The notes under the pieces: model-generated
The model's input: the letters and a program-made list of their open reading frames with translations, nothing else
The model's database searches: none
What the model was told of the DNA's origin: nothing
In this document: piece by piece, positions 25,649 to 37,673 of the stretch
Position numbering within the stretch: the first letter of the stretch is position 1
Layout of the letters: every line of letters begins with the position of its first letter
NCBI RefSeq assembly: GCF_036365525.1
Contig: NC_090379.1
Span: 35,796,855 to 35,860,854 of the forward strand
From: Heterodontus francisci
Lineage: Eukaryota
Direction: 5' to 3'
DNA: 64,000 nucleotides
Made by a program: the position numbers and the translations under genes

Positions 25649-25829
25649 CAAACATGTACTTGTTCTCCTGATCTTCCCCCTCCGAAATAACATTCCATAT
25701 CTTTCTTAGGGTCTGTACTTATTACTGGCATGCTGAGCTTGCTGGTCCTAGTTTCCAAGGTAACCACTCGATTTTCCTCAACTGCATTTTGTCAGACGAT
25801 GTCTTACTTCAATGGAATCTTCAATGACT
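25649..25829 (-). pseudogene. SNAPC1: SNAPC1 exon 9 homologue, apparently disrupted (3' part; 5' part probably at 28860-28898 beyond the RTE)
   Basis: Encodes the conserved KLSMPVI motif. The acidic EDQENKYMF tail before the best donor (TTTG|gtatcg at 25649) is in a +1 frame. The only nearby acceptor (25781) lacks a pyrimidine tract, and an RTE abuts at 25830. Confidence 0.65.
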
Positions 25830-28800
25830 CCTTCTTTGGCCTCCTTATCTCGAGAGACAATGGGTAAGCGCCTGGAGGTGGTCAGTGGTGTGTGGAGCAG
25901 CGCCTGGAGTGGCTATAAAGGCCAATTCTAGAGTGACAGGCTCTTCCACAGGTGCTGCAGAAAAATTTGATTGTCGGGGCTGTTGCACAGTTGGCTCTTC
26001 CCTTGCGCCTCTGTCTTTTTTCCTGCCAACTAAGTCTCTTCGACTCGCCACACTCGCCACAGCCTTTATGGCTGCCCGCCAGCTCTGGCGATCGCTGGCA
26101 ACTGACTCCCACGACTTGTGATCAACGTCACAGGATTTCATGTCACGTTTGCAGACGTCTTTAAAGCGGAGACATGGACGGCCGATGGGTCTGATACCAG
26201 TGGCGAGCTCGCTGTACAATGTGCCTTTGGGGATCCTGCCATCTTCCATGCGGCTCACATGGCAAAGCCATCTCAAGCGCCGCTGACTCAGTAGTGTGTA
26301 TAAGCTGGGGATGTTGGCCGCCTCGAGGACTTCTGTGTTGGAGATACGGTCCTGCCACCTGATGCCAAGTATTCTCCGGAGGCAGCGAAGATGGAATGAA
26401 TTGAGACGTCGCTCTTGGCTGACATACGTTGTCCAGGCCTCGCTGCCATAGAGCAAGGTACTGAGGACACAGGCTTGATACACTCGGACTTTTGTGTTCC
26501 GTGTCAGTGCGCCATTTTCCCACACTCTCTTGGCCAGTCTGGACATAGCAGTGGAAGCCTTTCCCATGCACTTGTTGATTTCTGCATCTTGAGACAGGTT
26601 ACTGGTGACAGTTAAGCCTAAGTAGGTGAACTCTTGAACCACTTCCAGAGCGTGGTCACCAATATTGATTGATGGAGCATTTCTGACATCCTGCCCCATG
26701 ATGTTCATTTTCTTGAGGCTGATGGTTAGGCCAAATTCATTGCAGGCAGCCGCAAACCTGTCGATGAGACTCTGCAGGCACTCTTCAGTGTGAGATGTTA
26801 AAGCAGCATCGTCAGCAAAGAGGAGTTCCCTGATGAGGACTTTCCGTACTTTGGACTTCGCTCTTAGACGGGCAAGGTTGAACAACCTGCCCCCTGATCT
26901 TGTGTGGAGGAAAATTCCTTCTTCCGAGGACTTGAACGCATGTGAAAGCAGTAGGGAGAAGAAAATCCCAAAAAGTGTGGGTGCGAAAACACAGCCCTGT
27001 TTCACGCCACTCAGGATAGGAAAGGGGTCTGATGAGGAGCCACCATGTTGAATTGTGCCTTTCATATTGTCATGGAATGAGGTGATGATACTTAGTAGCT
27101 TTGGTGGGCATCCAATCTTTCTTAGTAGTCTGAAGAGACCACGTCTGCTGACGAGGTCAAAGGCTTTGGTGAGATCAATGAAAGCAATGTAGAGGGGCAT
27201 CTGTTGTTCACGGCATTTCTCCTGTATCTGACGAAGGGAGAACAGCATGTCAACGGTCGATCTCTCTGCACGAAAGCCACACTGTGCCTCAGCGTAGACG
27301 CGCTCGGCCAGCGTCTGGAGCCTGTTTAAAGCAACTCGAGCAAAGACTTTCCCCACTATGCTGAGCAGGGAGATTCCACGGTAGTTGTTGCAGTCACCGC
27401 GGTCACCTTTGTTTTTATAGAGGGCGATGATATTGGCATCGCACATGTCCTGAGGTACTGCTCCCTCGTCCCAGCACAGGCATAGCAGTTCATGTAGTGC
27501 TGAGAGTATAGCAGGCTTGGCACTCTTGATTATTTCAGGGGTAATGCTGTCCTTCCCAGGGGCTTTTCCACTAGCTAGAGAATCAATGGCATCACTGAGT
27601 TCCGATTTTGTTGGCTGTATGTCCAGCTCATACATGACTGGTAGAGGCTGGGCTGCATTGAGGGCAGTCTCAGTGACAACATTCTCCCTGGAGTACAGTT
27701 CTAGGTAGTGCTCAACCCAGCGGTCCATTTGTTTGCGTTGGTCAGTGATTATGTCCCCTGATTTAGATTTGAGGGGGGCGATCTTCTTGATGGTTGGCCC
27801 AAGAGCTCTCTTAATGCCATCATACATTCCTCTGATGTTTCCGGTGTCTGAGGCCTGCTGAATATGACTGCATAGGTGTTACCAGTAGTCGTTTGCACAG
27901 CGCCTGACTGTTCTTTGTGCACTGCTTCTGGCTGCTTTAAGTGCTGCGGATCTTAACTCGCTGGGGGCTTTCTTGTAGTTCAACAGTGCAATGCGCTTCG
28001 CGGCTATGACAGGTTCCAGCTCTTCATTATGAGGTTGAAACCAGTCTGCATTTCTCCTCGCACTTTTGCCGTAGGTGGTCAAAGCTGACTCATAGATGGC
28101 GTCTCTGATGTGGGCCCACTTGGTCTCAGCATCCCCTGTGGGAGTGTTTTGAAGGGCTGACACAAGTGAATGTAGAAATTTTTGTTGCAGCTGTGGGTGA
28201 GAAATTCTGTTCGTGTTGATGCGCGGGTGGCCCTTCTGCTTGGAATGATGCAACTTCTTTGGTCTGAGTCTAACCTTGCTGCACACCAGGGAGTGGTCGG
28301 TGTCGCAGTCCGCACTGTGGAAGCTGCGTGTCATTTGAACACTGTTTAAGGCAGCTCGCCTTGTGACAATGAGGTCTAGCTGGTGCCAACGACGCGATCT
28401 TGGGTGCCTCCATGAAACCTGGTGACAGGGTTTAGTGTGAAAGAACGAGTTGGTGATGCAGAGGTTATGATAGATACACAACTCAAAGCAGTCTCTGCCC
28501 GTTCTCATTCATCCTTCCAACGCCATAGCGCCCAAGGCAGGAGGGCCATGAGTCATGGTCGGCCCCAACCCTGGCATTAAAGTCCCCCAGCAGGAATAGG
28601 TGTTCGGGATGCTGCTAATGATGTTATGGAGTTCCTCGTAGAACTGGTCTTTAGCTTCAGGTGGGGAGCAGAGTGTTGGAGCATAGATGCCGAGTAGGTG
28701 TACTGGGCCAGAGGTGGTGAGCAGTCGGATGGACAGTATACGTTCCGAGCCATTTGAGGGAGGCTCTATCATGCTGAGCAGGGAGTTTCTGATGGCGAAG

Positions 28801-28859
28801 CCCACTCCATTATATAATAGCCCACTCCATGCTGTCTTGGTTCTTCAGGATCCCTGCCC
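25830..28859 (-). mobile_element. RTE-clade LINE, ~3 kb, APE endonuclease + RT, with a few lesions
   Basis: EN motifs (IYAPT, DFNA, QLDLI, DTDH) and a 660-aa RT ORF (25845-27827); 5-bp TSD TGACT at 25825-25829 and 28860-28864. Confidence 0.95.
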
Positions 28860-29359
28860 TGACTATGACAGTACATAATTCAGTCACATCAACCAATTCT
28901 ACAGCACGAAATGAGAATGGATATCAAAAACATCGCATGTACAGAAACCAAGACCCTAAAATGCTGCACTCCATTCAACAGTCTATACCGATTATTAGAT
29001 TAGGATGTGATTTTCATCAGTATTGTAAAAAGTCATCATCCTATAAATTTATCACCAAAAAAAACAAAGGAAAGAGGTTAAGAGGAGTGACAGTTTTTTG
29101 TTAAAGTGTTGTTAGGATATAGCATGCCCAAACAGAAACTGGAAGCAAATTATAATAGGTTTTAAAAATGGCTAACTATTTGTTTAGAAAAGGGAGTCAA
29201 GTCCCAGTGTATGAAGAGAGACAAGGGATCAAATTTGTGAAGTGCTGACAATTATGAGAGTCACTGAATGTTGGCAAGATCCCACTGGATTGGAAACAAG
29301 TTATGAGGAAAATTGGGTATTTTAATATCTTACTCAATAGGGGACGCTACTGAACAGGA

Positions 29360-30020
29360 TATTAAATGGAAAATGCTGTAAATACTCAGCAGGTCTGGCA
29401 GTACCTGTGGAGACAGCAACAGTGTTAACATTTCAGGTTGGTGACCTTTAATCAGAACTGGAAGTACCTCAAGATGCAGCAGTGTTTAAGCAAGGCAGGG
29501 AAACAGGGAAGAACAAAAAAGGAAGATCTGTGATCGGGTGGAAAGGAGAGGAGTGATTAAATGACAAAAAAGATGATGGTGCAAAACAAAAGGAGATGAT
29601 AATGGGGCAAGTAAAGAAACAAAAGATGGGTCTAGAGATGTAAATGAGAATAGCAGAATCTTTGCCAGCAGCCGCTGTCCAAAAAATTGGGGACAAAGCT
29701 TAAGATTTGAAATTGATGAACTCAATGGCCCTTTGGAAGACTGAAAGGGAAGGGGAGGATGTGTTTGGTGGTGGTATCATGCTGGAGGTGGCAGAAAAGG
29801 TGGAGGATGATCCGTTGAATACGGAAGCCGGTGAGGTGGAAGGTAGGACAAAGGGAACCCGATCATAGTTCTTGGAGGGGAGGGCAGGAAGGGATGACAG
29901 ATGATGTGTGGGAACTGGAACAGACACAGTCACCAGCCCTGTCAGCCACACAGTTATTGGCCTGAAAGGTTAACTCTGTTTATCTCTCCACAGATACTGC
30001 CAGATCTGCATCTGCAGTAA
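29360..30020 (-). mobile_element. Decayed Penelope-like fragments
   Basis: Same tail and degenerate hammerhead (CTGATTA..GAAATGTTAAC) as 11412-12004; DRVPFV remnant. Confidence 0.55.
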
Positions 30021-30209
30021 TTTGCTCAGGATATTAAGTGGTACAGACAAGATAAACCCATGGCACTATAAGCAAGAAATAGTACTAGAAGTACTAATAA
30101 ATAAATTTCCCAATCAAATTTGTAGTTGGCCTTTTTTTTTGTAAGCTGTTGAAATGACAGTTTAAAACAGGCATCAGGAAGAACTTCTTCATATATATTA
30201 TTCGTAACT

Positions 30210-30586
30210 TCAACATTCACTCCCTTCACCAATGCACAGCGGTCGCAGTGTGTACCATCTACAAGATGCACTGCAGCAACGCACCAAGACTCCTTCGACA
30301 GCACCTTCCAAATCCGCGACCTCTACCACCTAGAAGGACAAGGGCAGCAGATGCATGGGAACACCACCACCTGCAAGTTCCCCTCCAAGCCACACACCAT
30401 CCTGACTTGGAACTATATCGCCGTTCCTTCACTGTCGCTGGGTCAAAATCCTGGAACTCCCTAACAGCACTGTTGGTGTGCCTACACCCCAAGAACTGCT
30501 GCAGTTCAGGAAGGCAGCTCACCACAATTAGGGATGGGCAATAAATGCCAGCGACGTCCAGATCCCATGAACGAATAAACAAAAAG
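30210..30586 (+). mobile_element. 3' end of a CR1/L2-group LINE (family distinct from the canonical CR1s)
   Basis: IYKMHCSNAPRLLRQHLP, SKSWNSL; tail GGGATGGGCAATAAATGC...GATCCCATGAACGAAT. Confidence 0.8.
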
Positions 30587-31894
30587 CGAGATTAACATTT
30601 TGAATGGTTTTTAGTTCTTTCAAGACTCAGTTGAATGACACAATCTGGAAAATGGATGAGAAAATCGATGACCTTACTCATCTGTTTTGGTTTTATTTTA
30701 ATAAGACATTAGCAATGATCAGCCTCCAATTACTATCTCATGGGATTTTTTGTCAGTGAGGTCTGACACACATGGAGACCCAATCTGCGGAAACTAAACT
30801 ACTGAGAAACCCACATAAAGAAGATTCCATTTTCTTGATATGAAGTGCACCTTGTTGTCTAATAGTGTCACCCTACTTATCTATACCAGACAACCCAAGT
30901 GGGCAAGGGTTACAGCTGGAGTTTAGCCAACTAAAATTCATGGAGCACTGACAAGCTCCCTTAAAGCTTGTTTGCCAGAACCACCCTACCTTATTAGGGC
31001 ATTAGTTTGTAAGGTTATTCAGATGTAGTGAGAAGAATCCCAATCCACAGCAAGAGATCTATTCTGGAATTAGAACAGAGTCATTTGCCACCACCATCGT
31101 CAGTAGCGGAAAAATCTAAAAGTAATGCTCACTCGAAGGTCACGTAGATTTGCAGCAGTGACCAATGCTGAGCTTTAAACTTTTTAGCACAGCAACAGTA
31201 CTGCTCTTTTTTTTTTGGAGAATGGCCATTTTCTGAACTTGAACAAATGAATGAGCATGCCACTGAATTATTAAAGAATAATGCATCAAAAAGGTAAGTT
31301 TGTTCTGCGACCCTTTGCCTGAGTATATAATCAACAAGTCATCCTGCTGAAATCCTAGCTAGAAACACCATTTATTCTTTTTGCTCTAGTATTCAAGAAT
31401 TATCATGTATAAAACACAAGATATTAACCATCCCCCACCCCCAGAATCATTACACTAATACGACATATTCCAAGTAGGCAGTTCAACTATTCCCAACATC
31501 AAGTAGTAATTTTCAGATATAAAAACAGAAAATGTTGAAATACTCAGGTGGTCAGACTGTTTCTCTCTCCAGAGATGCTGAGTTAATGTTTCAAGTCAAT
31601 GACCTTTTGTTCTGATTTCTAGCATTTGCAGTATTTTGCTTCAGTAACTTTCAGATGTTAATTAAAGCTATCTCATTCATATGATCTGCAAACGGTTGCT
31701 TACACTTAAGACTGGAGGATGAAGTTACTTGAAAACAAATATCTTTTTCTAGAGCTGCATCAAGAAAGATTTCTTATTGGTAGATCTGACTAAACCATGT
31801 ATTGCAATCCTGACAACACTACAGAGGGCTCCACTCCTGAAAAGAATCTATGTTCTGCAACACACATGCACTATTTGAATACTTTGAAAATCAC

Positions 31895-32021
31895 CTTTTT
31901 CACTGCTGTGCTTTTTCACTCTCGAGTTCCTACTTCTTGAGTATTTCTTCACTTGTCCCCAATCAGACCCAGATTCTGAAGATTCTATTTTTATTTGTCG
32001 ATGCCGTCTGGATCTAGATGC
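31895..32021 (-). CDS. SNAPC1: SNAPC1 coding exon 8
   Basis: ASRSRRHRQIKIESSESGSDWGQVKKYSRSRNSRVKKHSSEK (human ASKSRRHRQVKLDSSDSDS); donor AAG|gtgatt, phase 1; 127 nt. Confidence 0.88.
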
Positions 32022-32299
32022 CTTCATACAAAACATCATTTAAAAAAAAATTAATGACTTTTGCTTTTAACAAATAACAATCCAATTTCACAACATTGTT
32101 TTATATTCATGACAATGTAAAAGGACATGCACCAAGAAATTAAATCCTGAGCAAGTGTATTTAAACTTCAAGAATAGAAACCCAAGCAAATGATTTACCC
32201 GAGGCCAGTCTCTGGACCTTGTGCACCAACCCTACAGAAGTAGACAACATAAACAAGAACACACATATACAGGTGAAGATTGAGTGTTAAAAAGATAGA

Positions 32300-32660
32300 T
32301 GTGGAAGTAGTGACGTAGTGGTAATGTCACTAACTGGGGAAATGGGTTCAAATCCCAGCACGGCAGCTGGTTGGAATTTAAATCTAATTAATAGAAATCT
32401 GGAATTGAAAGCTAGTCTCTCATGGTGCCATGAAACTATCGATTGTTGTAAAAACCCATCTGGTTCAGTTTAGAGAAGGAAATCTTCTGTCCTTACCTAG
32501 TCTGGCCTACATGTGACTCCAGATAGACAGCAATGTGACTGACTCTTAACTACCCTCTCAAATGGCATAGCAAGCCACTCAGCTGTCAGGGACAATTAGG
32601 AATGGGCAACAAATGTAGGCCTTGCCAGTGATATCCACATGCCATGAAAGAATTTTTTTT
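32300..32660 (+). mobile_element. tRNA-head SINE sharing its 3' tail with the 30210 LINE family
   Basis: GTAGTGGTAATGTCACT...GGGTTCAAATCCCA head; ATTAGGAATGGGCAACAAATG...CCATGAAAGAAT tail. Confidence 0.65.
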
Positions 32661-34244
32661 AAATGTTACAAATCAAAATCAATTCATGGACTGAAAATGG
32701 CTACATTTAGCCTGCAAAAATCCAGCAGGTATTTCCAGGAACTCAATGCTGCAAAGCTATTGGGGTAGAACTTAATCTAGTCCCATTTTTCGGCCAAAAC
32801 GCAGCGCTTCAATCATCTCACAAACGAACAGCAGGGTTGCCAATGGCAGTTTGAGATATTCCTGGAGATTTAATCATGTGACATTTGACCTCATGACACC
32901 AAGCATGTGATGCTTAATCACATGACATTCACCTATAGTTTGCAAACATCATTGCATTTACCTTAGTTGACTGGTTTTATAGTGAGATGAATAATTTATA
33001 AATCAAAGAAATAACAAAAAAGAGTAGAAATATTTAAGGATAAGTAAATGTTCAAATAAAAAATACTTCTGTGAAATGTCTATAGTATCGACTACAATGA
33101 GAAACTCTAATATCACTGAAGAAAAACATCGATACAAGTAACTTCTTTTGTACAATTTTATGGCTTTTTACAATACACAGTAAGTTATAAAAATAATCAA
33201 ACTAAAAGCAACCTAATTCACTACTGCACAGCCAAAACTGAAGCCCAGCTTCATGGAGGTGCAGCTTAGTCCTCAGAGAGAAACGCCAAAGCTGCCTGAC
33301 TCCCAGAACAAAACACATTGTATAACAACAGTGCACATCACAGGCTGACATGAACTCTTCCTCCCTCCAATTTGTGTTGCTCTCCCTCTTCCCCATCAGT
33401 TTGTGTTTTGCTCTCTCCATCCCCCAGTTTGCGTTTCTTTCTCTCTCTCCTCCCTCCGCCCCCCCATGGCAGGATGCACGAGGTTTCCGGGGATTTTCGT
33501 TGACCTGGATATCATCCTTACAACTGGCAACGAAACAGTGTGCTCTGATTAGCCGAGACACAGGTACGGCTCAGTCAACAGAGTTTGGTTAAAAGTCATG
33601 ACAGTCGGGATACTGAGCACGCACGATCCATGCATACAAGAACTGTTTTTCCAGAGTCACCAGCAGCACTGCTTGGGAGACTAATCGCTCATTTCAGCAG
33701 ACTCGCAACGAAAAGCAGAAGGATTGGAAACCCTATGGAATGAAGAGACCCGAAGCTGGCCTAAAATTCAGCCTTGGGCCTCCTTCAAACGTTCTAGGTG
33801 AGTTGTCAGCACGATGGGCAGCTCACCCCTCTCCTGGATTGAATGTTTGACTATAATTTCCAGGAGGAAAGATAGAACAAGCAACAGGTAATGGAGGGAA
33901 TGATAGGTGGGACTGTGGTCGGGGGAAAACAGTCCTGAAATTCCTGGCTCCGCAAGTAAACCTACCTGTCGTTGGCATCCACTGGGTTCGGTGGAGGCGG
34001 GGGGGGTGGGGGTTGAAAAATCCTAAATTGGTGTTTATTTTTGTACAGCAGTTCTTCAAAAGGCATTGGGTCACTAATTAGCATTTTCAAGGAGCCTAAA
34101 GCCTACTTTAGGCATTCACCCAGAACACAAAAAATGGGGTAGTGCGATCAACGCCTGAAAAGATTAGGTGCAAGCAGTCCTACAGCTAAATCAGTACACT
34201 TTGTGCCACCTTTAAACCCAAAAACACATACCGATTTTTTTTTT

Positions 34245-34720
34245 TTTAAATTCATTCCTGGGATGGGAGTGCCGTTGGCAAGGCCAGTATTTATTGCCCA
34301 CCTCCAATTGACTTTGGAGAAAATGGTGATGAGCCGCCTTCTTGAACTGCTGCAGTCGTGTGGTGTAGGTACACCTACAATGCTTTTCTGTAGCAGTTTC
34401 TAATTTAACTGCTACACTATTTTGAGGCCGGTTAAGAGTCAACCACATTGTTGTTGGTGTGGAATCACATGTAGGCCGGACCACGTAAGGATGCCAGATT
34501 TCCTCCACTGAAGGACATTAATGAACCAGATGGGTTTTTACGATAATCCGGAAGTTTCAAGATCGATACTAATGACACCAGCATTTTATTCCAGATTTAA
34601 TTAATTGAATGAATTTAATTTTCCCCAGCTGCTGTGGTGGGATTTGAAATCATCTCCCAAGCATTAGTCCAGGCCTCTGGATTACTAGTCCAGCAACATT
34701 ACCACGATATTATCGTCCCC
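34245..34720 (-). mobile_element. Related SINE / LINE-tail copy
   Basis: Reverse-strand homology to 32300-32660 and to the LINE tail. Confidence 0.6.
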
Positions 34721-35726
34721 AAGCAATAATTTCTATCTGTAATACCTTTCTAGATAGGGAACAGTGTCTAAACATTTGGTGGAAAGTAAGAATCTCTGTC
34801 TTGTACTCTAGTCATGGAATTTGATGAAAAGTAATGGCTACAAATAATTGCAATCTGCACAAATGATCCTGAATGAATGGCACCATGCAAACGGTACACG
34901 CCCCATGGCAATGCCTCTACCAGAGTCCACTTGCCAACCAATCAGAATTCTCTTCTCATGCAGTATAAATTTGTTGCTTTCCCTTATATTGGTATTCTTG
35001 TGATTTTTCCTGATGAGTGCAAGACAAAAAGCTTCATCAAATTGTCTCTGTTTTCAGCAATACTCAGGTTCTGTACCACCAAATGACCATCTTTAAAAAT
35101 TTTTTAATCTTCATTGTTCCTTCCCCCACCTAGCTTCAAACGGTCTCCGAAAAAGGGCACTTTACTAGGGTAAAGGTTCCTGGGCAGCAATAGTAACCCT
35201 CCACTGCCTTCCAGTAGTGACCAGTCTTCAAGTGCATGCCTTAATGGCGAGTATTAGCAGGATAATTTCTAATGAGTCATTAGATTCTGAGAACCATCAC
35301 ATCCAAGCCTAACCGTATCTCACTTGGTTCCTGCACAGGGTCAGAAATGCAGGGGTTAAATGAATATTCTTCAGAAGTGAGAATCCTGGTCAATGTTTCC
35401 TTTATCAAGGGACATGGAGGCTAAATTGTACTGCTCTACTTCTGCCTATTGACATCAGCTAACTCAGCAAAGGCCAGGGATCAAACGATACCAGGAGAAG
35501 CACTAACCCACCTAACAGCCTTTAATAAGAAACACATGTTAATGCCCTGGTCTAGAATCAAACTCAGGTCTTCTAAAGTGAAGTTTACACAACTACCTGT
35601 GAAGAATATCCCAGCAGTTTTCCATCCAGTAAAGTTAAACATTAGTTTTTGCAATCATTTCATATCAATCATCGGCAGTAAGAGATAACCAGGTAATTAA
35701 TGAAAATGAATATTTGGTATACAGAC

Positions 35727-35789
35727 CTTCACTGCGCAATTGTACGATTTTGACTTTATGTCTGCTAGAGTCTGAGCACGGCTGGAGCC
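35727..35789 (-). CDS. SNAPC1: SNAPC1 coding exon 7
   Basis: GSSRAQTLADIKSKSYNCAVK (human RAESLAKIKSKAFSVVIQ); tttttttacag| and AAG|gtctgt; 63 nt. Confidence 0.9.
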
Positions 35790-35872
35790 CTGTAAAAAAA
35801 CAAACACCCACTTTAACCAGTTTCTACATTAATTTGTATTCTTTAAGTACAAAAAGTAGTATTGCTAAATCA

Positions 35873-35965
35873 CTCTGATGAAAGGTCACAGACCTGAAAC
35901 GTTAACTCTGTTTCTCTCTCCACAGATGCTGCCTGACCTGAATATTTCCAGCACTTGGTTTTTAT
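35873..35965 (+). mobile_element. ~93-bp Penelope-like terminal fragment beginning at a hammerhead core
   Basis: CTGATGA-AAGGTCacaGACCT-GAAACGTTAACT; 11-bp TSD TTGCTAAATCA. Confidence 0.7.
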
Positions 35966-37673
35966 TTGCTAAATCAGTTCTTTTTGTTCAGTTATAATAG
36001 ATTTTTCTATTTAAAAAATTAATAAACTCAAACATTTGGTTAATAATGCAAAAAAATTATAAGATTGTACTCTGTTTTGGTCCAACAACACTAGGAAGAC
36101 TTTGAGTGTAACACTGGGAGATTGGGAGTTAGTACATGATCACTTTTATGGCACTGATTTCAGAAGGGAGATTTTGCCTTTAGATACAAATCAAGCCGTT
36201 ATCCCAATAAAGGTACAATTATTTTTACTTCCATATCCCTCTCAAACAAATGTTACAATAAAACAATGTGATACAACAGTATTTTGTTCATGAGAAGAAG
36301 CTGATGTTGAAGGGGGAGCTTCATGCGGCAACTCTGTCTTCTATTGCAGCCTGGACACAGTTGTAGCTACAGTGACTTCATTTTAATGGAAAACACCTTA
36401 AATACGCTCATATAAAATACATACTTCATGTCTGTATTTACTTAAACATCTACCATCATTCAGCGATCAAGCACTCAATCAAAAAACACTCGCACACTGA
36501 TTTTCATCTTACGATTTTAACAACAAATGCACAAAAAGATTAAAGTACAGATGCCTTGCAAATATGAGTACAGAAATCTCATGCCCAATGATGGTGTCTA
36601 TTGCTCATTTTTGTGTTACTAATCAGGAATCTGGATTTCTAATTAGCCACATGTGGTTAATGTATTGGACAACACTGTTCTATTAAACTGCCCACAAAAG
36701 CTATGTTCTGGAAACCTTGGATGCTTAGTTAGCAGTGTTCCATCTACAAGAATATCAGTTTAGAATATCTCACGTTAATTACATGGCAAAGAGAAGGAAA
36801 GATTAAGTAATGCATACACCTCAATGAATACATCTTGCACCCCACCTCTCCCCCCCCACCCCCCGTTAAAAAAGTGAACTGTTTGCATCTATTCAAATTA
36901 GCATAGAATGGACATTCACATTTAGTAATAACCAACAGTGTATGAACAAGAAGACAGTCATCTCCAGAGCTTGGTTGCAGATTTGTTTTGATAGAAATCA
37001 ATAAAAGCAGGGACAATTCTGATGGCATCTATCCTGCAAGAACTTTTCCCAGCCACTGGAGATGGCAAGGCAGCCTAATGTATAATGTGGCATTAAAGCA
37101 ACTGCTCAAGTGGCAGTTCAGATTTTTAGCTGTCATTTAATCCACTGCACAATATGGACAGTTTCTACAGCACTAAGGATCTGAGTGAGTAGTGCAGAAT
37201 CACTCAAAGGCATTTGCAATATAAATGAACCCAAGTCTCAGAGAAACAAATACTGCAGCCTGCAAAGGTAGCTTGGAAACCAATTGTTTGTCTTATGTGA
37301 ATCTAATACTCTTTAGATATACTACATGCAAAACAGAACAGAATTTAGCAAGCTAAAAGCAATATTGTATTGATGACTTATGGGTTTAGCTCAACTCTTG
37401 CTGCAAATCTGTTCTAGTTTTTTGTTTTCACATTTATCAAGTGTCAGAATTATCAACTAATCCTTTAAAACCTCCACAGCTTCCAACTGTGAAAATACTA
37501 GAAATCTGATGCACTTATTAATTTCACTACTTTGTTCTTTTCCCTTCCCTTCATCCATTAAAGCTAAACTGCCAGACTTCAGATTTACTTCTGTGGAACA
37601 CATATTGCCTGGAGGAGACTACACAGATAGGGAAGGGTGAGGCCATCGAGGGATTTTGAACAGAAGGATGAGA

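Noticed and set aside
25770-25810. SKTSSDKMQLRK resembling human SNAPC1 RKMSLRNK
   Set aside because: Bounded by stops, out of frame with LSMPVI, and the human motif belongs to the previous exon; probably chance.
32832-33735. Possible hAT-like element with CAGGGTTGCCA / TGGAAACCCTA ends
   Set aside because: Short imperfect TIR with no convincing 8-bp TSD; cannot be supported by eye.
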